Assembly: GCA_963766735.1 (NCBI GenBank)
Contig: CAVYBU010000003.1
Span: 64,001 to 128,000 of the forward strand
Length of the DNA: 64,000 bases
Reading direction: 5' to 3'
From: an uncultured Chloroflexia bacterium
Lineage (GTDB): Bacteria; Chloroflexota; Limnocylindria; Limnocylindrales; CSP1-4
Positions 1 to 9,000 of this stretch are shown piece after piece. The translations under genes were made by a program, and so were the position numbers. Position 1 is the stretch's first letter; each line of letters begins with the position of its first letter. A model generated the notes under the pieces. The model saw only the letters and a list, made by a program, of their open reading frames with translations. It searched no databases and was not told where the DNA came from.

Positions 1-618
1 CTCGCCATGGCCCGGGTGGGGCTCACCCCCAATGCGCTGACCCTCATCGGCTTTGCCATCGCGTGCGTCGCGGCCGTCGCGGCCGGCGCGCAGGCCTGGC
101 TCATCGCCGGGTTCCTCGTCGTCTTTGGCGGCATCTTCGACCTGTTCGACGGTGCCGTGGCCCGGGCAACAGGCAAGGTCAGCAAGCTCGGAGCGTTCCT
201 CGACTCCACCTTCGACCGGTGGGGCGAGGGTGTCGTCTACGTCGGCATCGCCTGGGGTGCGCTCGCGGCCGGATTCGACCTCGGCGCGGTCCTGGCTGCG
301 GCGGCGATGACCTCCGCGTTCATGGTCAGCTATACGCGTGCCAAGGCCGAGAACATGGGCTTCACGTCCGGTTCGGGCATGGCGGCCGTCGGACTCGCCC
401 CGCGTGAGGTCCGGATCGTCATCCTCACGATCGGCCTCGTTGCCGCCGGGTTGCTGCCGGGCTCCTATGCGGACATGGACGCGTCCGGCGCCATGGCCTA
501 TCCGCCGTCCGCAATCGCGCTCGAGCTCTCGCTCGGGCTGATTGCCGTCCTCGCCACCATCACCACCATCCAGCGAATCCTCCACACCGTCCGCCAGGCG
601 GACGACCAGCAGGGGTAG
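1..618 (+). CDS. CDP-alcohol phosphatidyltransferase (phosphatidylinositol-phosphate synthase-like), probably 5'-truncated by the window edge
   Basis: TPNxLT start and DLFDGAVAR...G...GAFLDSTFD signature (DxxDGxxAR...GxxxDxxxD); SYTRAKAE; directly upstream of inositol-3-phosphate synthase. Confidence 0.9.
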   Translation, partial: LAMARVGLTPNALTLIGFAIACVAAVAAGAQAWLIAGFLVVFGGIFDLFDGAVARATGKVSKLGAFLDSTFDRWGEGVVYVGIAWGALAAGFDLGAVLAAAAMTSAFMVSYTRAKAENMGFTSGSGMAAVGLAPREVRIVILTIGLVAAGLLPGSYADMDASGAMAYPPSAIALELSLGLIAVLATITTIQRILHTVRQADDQQG

Positions 619-689
619 TCCCGGGGCAACCGGCTGCGGCCGATTGCTGCCCGGGCAGCAGGGCTCATAGCAAGGAAAGGGAACGCACA

Positions 690-1895
690 TTGGACCAGCA
701 GGAGACCACGAACGGGGCTGCCCCGGTGGCGCGTGATCGGAAGATCCGCGTCGCCATCGTCGGCGTTGGCAACTGCGCCAGCAGCCTCGTCCAGGGCCGC
801 TACTACTACGAGAACGCCAAGCCCGAAGACTTCGTTCCGGGGCTGATGCACGTCAAGCTGGGCGACTACCACATCAGCGACGTGGAGTTCGTGGCCGCGT
901 TCGACGTGGACAAGGAGAAGGTCGGCAAGGACATCTCCGAGGCGATCTTCTCGGGCCAGAACAACACCTTCAAGTTCATGGACGTCCCGCACATGGGCGT
1001 GACCGTGGACCGGGGAATGACCCACGACGGCCTGGGCAAGTACCTGTCCCAGGTGATCGAGAAGGCACCCGGACCCACGGCCGACGTCGTCGGGATCCTC
1101 AAGGAGCGCAAGGTCGACATGGTCGTCTCCTACCTCCCCGTCGGGAGCGAGGAGGCGACGAAGTGGTACGTGGAGCAGGCGCTGCAGGCCGGCGTCGGTT
1201 TCATCAACGCCATCCCGGTGTTCATCGGCCGTGAGCCCTACTGGCAGCGCAGGTTCGCCGAGAAGGGCCTGCCGGTCATCGGGGACGACATCAAGAGCCA
1301 GGTCGGCGCGACCATCTCGCACCGCGTGCTCACCCGCCTGTTCATGGACCGCGGTGTCCGCGTGGACCGCACCTACCAGCTGAACTTCGGCGGCAACACG
1401 GACTTCATGAACATGCTCGAGCGCGAGCGCCTGGAGTCGAAGAAGATCTCCAAGACCAACGCCGTCACGTCCATGCTCGACTACGAGCTGGAGGCGGGGA
1501 ACGTCCACGTCGGGCCGTCGGATTACGTGCCGTGGCTCCAGGACCGCAAGTACTGCTACATCGTGATGGAGGGGACGACCTTCGGTGACGTGCCGCTCAA
1601 GGCGGAGCTCAAATTGGAGGTCTGGGACAGCCCCAACAGCGCAGGTGTCATCATTGACGCCATCCGGTGTCTCCGGATCGGCCTCGACCGGGGCCTGAAG
1701 GGGACCCTGGTGGCACCGTCCAGCTACTTCATGAAGAGCCCGCCGCTCCAGGTCCACGACGACATCGCGTACAACCGCGTGGAGGCGTTCATCAGGGGCG
1801 ACGACAACGAGACGCTCGTGGGCAACGAGGAGTCGAAGAAGGACTCCAAGGCGCTCGCGACGGCAGCCCGCACGAAGGTGACCGCCACCAAGTGA
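690..1895 (+). CDS. ino1: myo-inositol-1(3)-phosphate synthase
   Basis: [53 protein letters not shown] motifs; TTG start after AAGGAAAGGG. Confidence 0.95.
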   Translation: MDQQETTNGAAPVARDRKIRVAIVGVGNCASSLVQGRYYYENAKPEDFVPGLMHVKLGDYHISDVEFVAAFDVDKEKVGKDISEAIFSGQNNTFKFMDVPHMGVTVDRGMTHDGLGKYLSQVIEKAPGPTADVVGILKERKVDMVVSYLPVGSEEATKWYVEQALQAGVGFINAIPVFIGREPYWQRRFAEKGLPVIGDDIKSQVGATISHRVLTRLFMDRGVRVDRTYQLNFGGNTDFMNMLERERLESKKISKTNAVTSMLDYELEAGNVHVGPSDYVPWLQDRKYCYIVMEGTTFGDVPLKAELKLEVWDSPNSAGVIIDAIRCLRIGLDRGLKGTLVAPSSYFMKSPPLQVHDDIAYNRVEAFIRGDDNETLVGNEESKKDSKALATAARTKVTATK

Positions 1896-2902
1896 CGCAA
1901 CCCCAGCGACGGCTCGAGGCGCCCCACCGGCGCCTCGAATCCTCCCCGCGCCTGCTCGAGAAGGCGGCGGTCGTCGGCTACAAAGCCACGGCGGCCGCCC
2001 TTGCGCACCTGCCACCCCGGCTCTCGAGGGAGGTCATCGGCGGGTTCTCCCAGCTTGGCTACCTCGTCCTGCCGTCGAAGCGACGCTGGTCGAACCAGAA
2101 CTTCGGGCACGTGCTCGGCCTGCCACCCGAGCACCCGCGGGTGCGGCGCATGGCCCTCCGCGCGTACAGGGAGTACGCGACCTACATGGTGGAGCTGATG
2201 CGTCTGCCGTCCCGCCCGAAGGGCGAGGTCTCGATGCTGGTTGACGGCGGCGGCATCGACCGCATCATCGATGGCTGGCGGGCGTCCGGCCGGGCGGCGA
2301 TCGTGGTCGCCGGCCACGTCGGCAACAACGAAGCGGTGGCGGCTGCCGTGGCCTGGCGGGGGCTCCCCGCGAACGTCGTCGCGGACGACTCCTCGTTTCC
2401 CGAGATCTTCGAGATCCTCCGCCAGCAACGCGAGTCGTGGGGTGTCCACGTCGTACCGTGGCGCAACCTGCGCGAGATCTTCAAGGTCCTGCGCAACAAC
2501 GAGATCATGGCGCTCCTCGTGGACTGGGGCTACCGCAGCGACGGCATCCCGGTGAAGCTGTTCGGCGCCTGGACAACGCTTCCGGCAGGTCCGGCAACGC
2601 TCGCCGCCAAGACCGGCGCCGTGATCGCCCCGATGGCGGTCCGTCGCACGGTGGACGGCCGCTTCCGGGTGGATGGCGACGAGGTGTTCGCAGTTCCGTC
2701 TTCGAGCCCGGCCGATCTCCAGCGGGCCACCCAGCGGATCGCGGACGCGCTCCAGCGGACGATTGCCGCCGCGCCGGAGCAGTGGTACAGCTTCAAGCCG
2801 ATGTGGCCGTCGGACCCGGCGGAGGGGGTGGGGCTGGAGGCGCGCGCGGCCGCGATGCTCGCCGGCGATGCGGCCGAGACCAAAGGGGACGGGCGGCCGT
2901 GA
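1892..2902 (+). CDS. LPLAT-family acyltransferase (PatA / lauroyl-acyltransferase-like)
   Basis: GHVGNNE catalytic His motif, [17 protein letters not shown]; GTG start in a GTGA overlap with the ino1 stop. Confidence 0.85.
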   Translation: MTQPQRRLEAPHRRLESSPRLLEKAAVVGYKATAAALAHLPPRLSREVIGGFSQLGYLVLPSKRRWSNQNFGHVLGLPPEHPRVRRMALRAYREYATYMVELMRLPSRPKGEVSMLVDGGGIDRIIDGWRASGRAAIVVAGHVGNNEAVAAAVAWRGLPANVVADDSSFPEIFEILRQQRESWGVHVVPWRNLREIFKVLRNNEIMALLVDWGYRSDGIPVKLFGAWTTLPAGPATLAAKTGAVIAPMAVRRTVDGRFRVDGDEVFAVPSSSPADLQRATQRIADALQRTIAAAPEQWYSFKPMWPSDPAEGVGLEARAAAMLAGDAAETKGDGRP

Positions 2903-3999
2903 CCGCTGCGCCGGCGATGCGCGACGTTGACGGCGTCACTGCCGATCCCGGGGCGACTGCGGGCACCGGCGGGTCGCCGGGCGCCGGCGGGACACCGCAG
3001 CGGGCTCCGCGGGCAGGCCTCCGCGGATCGCTGCTGCTGGCCGCGGCCCGCGTTCTCACCTGGCTGCCCGAGGCGCCGCTGGTCGCTGCGGCCGAAGCCA
3101 TCGGCGAGGTCTGGTACCGCGCCACCCCGCGTCGGGCCGCCCAGGCGCGCGCGAACCTGCGTCGGGCCTGCGAGGGGCTGGCGGCCCAGGGCCGCGGCAC
3201 GAGCCTCGCCCGTCGCGCGGCCACCGACCCGGATGCGCTGGAGCGGATCGTCCGCCGTTCGTATCGCCACGCCGTCCGCTACTACCTGGAGGTCGCCCGG
3301 ACCGGCGGGCTGACGGTCGAATCCGCTGCCGCGCGCATCGACGTCGACACCCCGGACGAGGTCCGGGACGCGCTGATGACGGGCCAGCCCGTGGTCATCG
3401 TGGGCATGCACTTCGGGGCCATCGAGCTGCCGACGGTCATCATCTCCAGCCTCGTTGGCCACAGGGTCACGGCGCCCATGGAGACGGTCGCGGACCCTGG
3501 CCTCCAGCGCTGGTTCGTCGAGTCCCGCAGCCGGGTCGGCGTCAACATCGTGCCGATCCGCGACGCCCGCCGCGCCCTCATGCGCGCGCTGCGCCGCCAC
3601 GAGTCCGTGGGGATGGTGGCCGACAGGGACATGCTGGGCAACGGTCTCCTGGTCCCCTTCTTCGGTCACCCGACCCCCATCTCGGCCGGCCCGGCGCTCC
3701 TGGCCATCGAGGCGGGGGTGCCGGTGTACGCGGGCTCCGCGCGCCGGGCGAGGGGCGGGCGGTATCGCGGGCGACTGATGCTGGTGCCCACCCCGGCGGA
3801 GGGATCGCGACGGGAGCGGATCGCGGCGCTGACAGCCTCGATCGCCGTGGCGTTCGAGTCCATCCTCGCCGACGGACCCGAGCAGTGGTGGGGGGCCTTT
3901 CACCCGATCTGGCCTGATCTCGTGCTGCATGACGCGGAGGCGGCAGATACGCCGACGTCCGTCGGGGGTCCGCCCGCATCCCGGGAGGGATCCGCGTGA
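2899..3999 (+). CDS. second LPLAT-family acyltransferase (PatA-like)
   Basis: MHFGAIE, VADRD, VPFFG, AGPALLA, PEQWW; GTGA overlap with the previous gene. Confidence 0.85.
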   Translation: MTAAPAMRDVDGVTADPGATAGTGGSPGAGGTPQRAPRAGLRGSLLLAAARVLTWLPEAPLVAAAEAIGEVWYRATPRRAAQARANLRRACEGLAAQGRGTSLARRAATDPDALERIVRRSYRHAVRYYLEVARTGGLTVESAAARIDVDTPDEVRDALMTGQPVVIVGMHFGAIELPTVIISSLVGHRVTAPMETVADPGLQRWFVESRSRVGVNIVPIRDARRALMRALRRHESVGMVADRDMLGNGLLVPFFGHPTPISAGPALLAIEAGVPVYAGSARRARGGRYRGRLMLVPTPAEGSRRERIAALTASIAVAFESILADGPEQWWGAFHPIWPDLVLHDAEAADTPTSVGGPPASREGSA

Positions 4000-4817
4000 C
4001 CGCCGAACCGCTCGACCGGCTGGGCCGCGCCGACCTGCACATCCATACCTGGGCATCGGATGGGACTGCCTCGGTGGTCGAGGTCCTTGACCACGTGGAG
4101 CGCGAGGGCGTCCTTGACGTCATCGCCATCACCGATCATGAGCGGATCGACGCGGCCCTCGCGGGCCGGCAGATGGCGGCGGACCGGGGTCTCGGGTTCT
4201 CCGTGGTCGTGGGCGAGGAGATCTCCACGCGCGGCGGCCACCTCCTCGGGCTGTTCCTGGAGCGGCCGGTGCCCGCGCTCAAGAGCCTGCGCTGGTCGAT
4301 CGAGGCCGTTCATGACCAGGGTGGCCTCGCGATCCCGGCCCATCCGCTGGCCCCGCACCCGATGTCCGCCCAGGGCTTCGTGCTCAGACGGTTGCTTGCC
4401 TCGGATGACCCGGTCGTCCATCCGGACGCGATCGAGACGTTCAACCCCACGGCCTTTGGGCGGTACCGCCACGGCAACGTCGTCCGCACCGCGGCCGAGC
4501 TCGGCCTCCCTGAGTTCGGGGCCAGCGACGCCCACGCCCTGGCGGCCGTGGGAAGCGCCTGGACCACGTACCCGGGCCGCACTCCCGACGACATCCGCGC
4601 TGCGCTCCTCGCCCGGACCACGCGCCACCACGGGACCTTCCACGGCAGCGTGGGGCAGCTGGGCGTCTACGGCAACCAGCTGCGCAAGTACGGGCGGGGC
4701 TGGCGGGACGAGATCCTCGGCCGGGTGCGGCGGGACGGAACCGGCCGCGACCACGGCTACCCGGGCGGTCAGCTCCGGCCGCCGCGGTTCCCGGGGCCCG
4801 GGGAGTCGACGCGGTGA
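3996..4817 (+). CDS. PHP-domain metal-dependent phosphoesterase
   Basis: DLHIHT.SDG, ITDH, GEE, AHP, EtFN, SDAH motifs; GTGA overlaps on both sides. Confidence 0.85.
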   Translation: MTAEPLDRLGRADLHIHTWASDGTASVVEVLDHVEREGVLDVIAITDHERIDAALAGRQMAADRGLGFSVVVGEEISTRGGHLLGLFLERPVPALKSLRWSIEAVHDQGGLAIPAHPLAPHPMSAQGFVLRRLLASDDPVVHPDAIETFNPTAFGRYRHGNVVRTAAELGLPEFGASDAHALAAVGSAWTTYPGRTPDDIRAALLARTTRHHGTFHGSVGQLGVYGNQLRKYGRGWRDEILGRVRRDGTGRDHGYPGGQLRPPRFPGPGESTR

Positions 4818-6031
4818 AGATCGGCCTCGTCAGCCCGTACGTGTACCCGCTCCCGGGCGGCGTCACGCAGCACGTCCGGTACCTGTACGAGAACCTGCGC
4901 ATCCGCGGCCACGACGTCCGGATCCTGACTTCGTCCCACGGCCTGCAGCGCAGCTCCGAGGGTGACGTCATCCGGCTGGGCAAGGGCTTCTCGATGCCCG
5001 CCAACGGTTCGGTGGGAACGGTCACCGTCTCGCCCCGCTACATCTCGCAGGTCCGCGGGGTGCTCGAGCGCGAGAGGTTCGACGTCCTCCACTTCCACGA
5101 GCCGTTCGTGCCCTTCCTCTCGCTCGTCATCCTCCGCGAGTCGCAGAGCGTGAACGTGGCCACGTTCCACGCGTTCGGCGGCTGGTCGCCCGCCTACGAG
5201 TTCGGCAGCAGGGCGCTGCGTGGGTACGCGGATCGCCTCCACGGCCGGATCGCGGTCTCCGCGGCTGCCCGCCACTTCATCGACCGCTACTTTCCGGGCT
5301 ACTACAAGGTCATCCCCAACGGAGTCGACGTGGAGCGGTTCCAGCGGTCCGTGCCGCTGGCGCGCTGGCAGGACGGCACGCGGAACATCCTCTTCGTCGG
5401 GCGGTTCGAGCCCCGGAAGGGGCTGCTGGACCTGCTCAAGGCGTACCGGATCCTCCGCAAGATCGACAGCGGTTGCCGCCTGCTCGTGGTTGGCGGCGGG
5501 CCCCAGGAGCGCGAGGCGCGCCGCTACGTGGCCACCCGCCGCCTGGTCGGGGTGGAGTTCCTCGGGCGCGTCTCCGATGACGAGAAGGCCCAACTCTTCC
5601 GGACCACGGATGTCTACGTCTCGCCGGCGACGGGCGGGGAATCCTTCGGGATCGTCCTGCTGGAGGCGATGGCCTCCGGGGCCCCCATCGTGGCCTCGGA
5701 CATCCACGGCTACAAGGGCGTGGTTCGACGCGGACGCGAGGGCCTGCTGGTCCCGCCGCGGGAGCCCAAGCAGCTCGCGGCTGCGATGGCGCGCCTGTTG
5801 CGGGACCACGAGCTGGCCGCCCAGATGTCCGCCGCAGGTCCCCTGCGGGCGGAGGACTTCAGCTGGCCGCGGGTGACGGCCAAGGTGGACGACTACTACG
5901 GGTTCGTGATCCGACGGCTCGCGGCCACGGGCTCGCTTCCGCCTCACTTCACCGCCGACATCCCGCCGTCGCCGAGACAGGCGGCGACAGGCGGCGACGG
6001 GCCCGCCTCCTCCTCACCCAACGACGGGTAG
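4814..6031 (+). CDS. GT4 glycosyltransferase, PimA-like phosphatidylinositol alpha-mannosyltransferase
   Basis: MKIGLVSPY..PGGV..HV, HEP, ATFH, EPRKG, GGESFGIVLLEAMASG (PimA-type ESFGIVLxE). Confidence 0.8.
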   Translation: MKIGLVSPYVYPLPGGVTQHVRYLYENLRIRGHDVRILTSSHGLQRSSEGDVIRLGKGFSMPANGSVGTVTVSPRYISQVRGVLERERFDVLHFHEPFVPFLSLVILRESQSVNVATFHAFGGWSPAYEFGSRALRGYADRLHGRIAVSAAARHFIDRYFPGYYKVIPNGVDVERFQRSVPLARWQDGTRNILFVGRFEPRKGLLDLLKAYRILRKIDSGCRLLVVGGGPQEREARRYVATRRLVGVEFLGRVSDDEKAQLFRTTDVYVSPATGGESFGIVLLEAMASGAPIVASDIHGYKGVVRRGREGLLVPPREPKQLAAAMARLLRDHELAAQMSAAGPLRAEDFSWPRVTAKVDDYYGFVIRRLAATGSLPPHFTADIPPSPRQAATGGDGPASSSPNDG

Positions 6032-6038
6032 CGGTCGA

Positions 6039-9000
6039 TCAGGCGGTTCCTGATCCCCCAGCAGGGCTGCCGGCGTCCCCTGACGCATCGCCGTCCTGCA
6101 GACCGTTGGCCGGCCCGTCCTCCGGCCCGTCCGCGAGCGACTGGCGCCAGACCCAGGCGGAGTAGGCGACCACGCAGCAGGCGATGGTGAGGAAGACGAC
6201 CAGCAGCGCGAGCTTCGGGTCCGCGAAGGAGATCGCCCCGGCGCGGTCCACGGTGTTCACGGAGAACTGGAACGCGTAGATGTACGTCGGCAGCAGGCCC
6301 TGGTAGGCGTTGACCATCGCGGCCGGGAGGGGCAGCGCCGAGATGTTCGGGTAGAGGATCACGAACCAGACCGCCGCCGCCGCCAGGAGTCCTGCAACGA
6401 ACCGCCGACCGTCCCGGGCGGTGACCACCTGGAGGGCGACCAACCCCAGCGGGATCGCGACGACCAGGGCGATGACCTCCGGGATGAGCCCCGGGATTGA
6501 GAGCAGTGGATCGGTCGCTGGCAGGAGCCAGGCGAGAACGAGCGCCGCGACGCCAACGGCCGCCGCAACGCCGAGGGACACGAAGTTCCGTGGCTCCGTT
6601 GTCCGCCCATCGGCGGCTGGCCGGCCGAGGACGAGGAGGAGGCGGACCAGCACGATCACGATGACGAGAATCCCGGTCACCAGCGCGGCCGCCGACGGGG
6701 TCACCACAAGATTGCCGGGATTGCCGTTGCAGGCCTGGGAACCCGCGTTGACGGACTCGACGCCCGCCAGGGCACACAGCGGCAGCCGCAGCACCCACAG
6801 GATCACGGGCCCCATGAGGGCCACGGCGGCGGCCACCCTCGCCAGCTGCCAGGTGCGCCGCGACGCCCCGTGCCAGACCTCGGCGACGAAATAGGCGAGC
6901 GCCGCGACTGCGAACGGCAGGCTCGTGTAGTAGTGGTACTGGAATGCGGCACGGTCGATACGCGCCCAGGAGACCCACTGGGCCAGGAACGCGATCAGGA
7001 TCAGCGCCAGCGCGAGGCTCCGGCGCCTGAACGCCTGGTAGGCCACGAAGACCATCGCCGGGATGCTCATCCACCAGATCACCATGTTGCCGGCGTCGTA
7101 GATGGCGCCCGCGGTATCCCCGGCGAAGCTGCCCTGATAGAACCAGACCGGCTTGAGGTTGAGCGGCCATGCCCACCACGGAGAGCTGGCTGCATGGGCC
7201 GCCGTGAGGTTGTTGTGGTAGCGATACATCTCGCCGGTGAGCGCGACGAGCGTCTGGCCGTCGTTGCCGGCCGGCCACCCGGCCACGATCTGGTGGCCCT
7301 CGATGAATGCCCATGGCAGATACGACGCGACGTAGACGCCCAGCGGGATCGCCAGCAGACAGACCACCATCCAGACGACCGGCAGGCCGAGGCCCGCGCC
7401 CAGGCGTGGCCAGCCCTCCGCCGGCGGGGAAGCCTTGGGGACCCGGCTTCGGACGTCACCGCGGTCGGATGTCGGCGCCGTCGGCCCGAAGCCGAACCGG
7501 GCGGCCAGCTGGAACGCCCCGTAGGCGACCAGGCCCACGGCGACCAGCGCGAACCCAACCGCGAGCGGCGTGACCACGAACGGCCCCGCGACGATCTCCG
7601 CATCGGCCATGCCCAGCGCGATGGCGGTGAATGCGACGAGGATCCCCAGAACGGGCGGGCCGCCGATCGCCAGGCGCACCTCGTCGTCTGACCACGAGAT
7701 CGGGTGGTAGACCGTCACCACCACCGTACTCAGCGTGAGCCCGATCATGACCAGCGCGAACACGAGGTTGCCGGAGGCCGTGCTGCCTTCGGGGACCGCG
7801 AGGCCCATCCAGCCCAGCACGCACGTCAGGGCGATCATGGCCACGATGAGCAGCAGGCGGCCCAGCGCGGAGCGGATCAGCACCAGGATCCCGAGCGCCC
7901 CGATCGCATACGCCGCCACCCACTTGGACGACAGTGCGAGCCCCAGCAGCACCCCGACCACGGGCATCAGGAGCACAAACGCCCGCCACGAACGCTGCCG
8001 GATCCAGAGCCAGGCGAAGACGAGGTACGCCGCGAGGATGAAGAAGCCGGTGAAGACGTCGTTCATCGCGATCCGGCTCTGCACGAAGAACATCCCGTCC
8101 AGGAGCACGAACAGCCCGACCAGGACCCCGACCGTGCGGCGCCGGAACAGGATCCGGCCCAGCAGGAACAGCACGCCGACGGTGAGGGCCCCGAAGATCA
8201 CGCCCGGCAGACGCCAGGCGAACGGGTAGCTGCCCACGTCGACCGAGGCGGCCTCGCCCCCGGAGCCGAACGCGAGGATCGCACCCCGGCTGGTGGCGGG
8301 GTAGTCCCCGTTGTGGTCGAGGACCCACGCCGCGGATGAGAACGCGAGCCGGTGATCGGCAAAGACCGCCTTGCCGTGCGGCTCCACCACGTAGATGGTC
8401 TGCCCCGAACCGTCCGGGGCCGTGCCCAAAACTTCCACGAGCTCGGCGGCCGCATCGAAGACGAGCCGCGTCCCGGCGCCCGGCAGCTGGAAGGTGGTCG
8501 TGACAGTCGGCCCGTCCTTCGCCTGGTCGCCGGAGACCGCGACGACGGCCACCTGCGGGTCGCCGGTCCCGACGTCGGTGGTGGTGACGTAGAGCTGGTT
8601 GCCCTCGTCCACGCCTGTCACCAGCACCGACGACGTGGCGCCGCCTTCCAGGGGGATCGACCCGGCACGGGTCCCGCCTACAGTCACGAGCTCCACGCCG
8701 GCAGAGGCCGCTGCGGCAATGAGCGGCGTGCCGGCGACCTGGACGCCGGGGACCCGGCCGTCGTCGATCGCCGCCTGCAGGTCCGTCCGAAGCTGGTCCG
8801 TGAGCGTGATGTCCAGGACGACCGTCTCGGCGTCGACCTCCGAGAGGGCGCCGACGAAGCGAGCGGCGTCGGTGCCGGTGATCGTGGCCAGCTCGTCAGC
8901 CACGGCGGCCGGGTCCGTGACGTCGATCGGCGTGGCCACGACGGCGTCACCGTCGCCCATCGGGGCCATGTCGGCCACCCCGGCCACGACGAGCGAGCCG

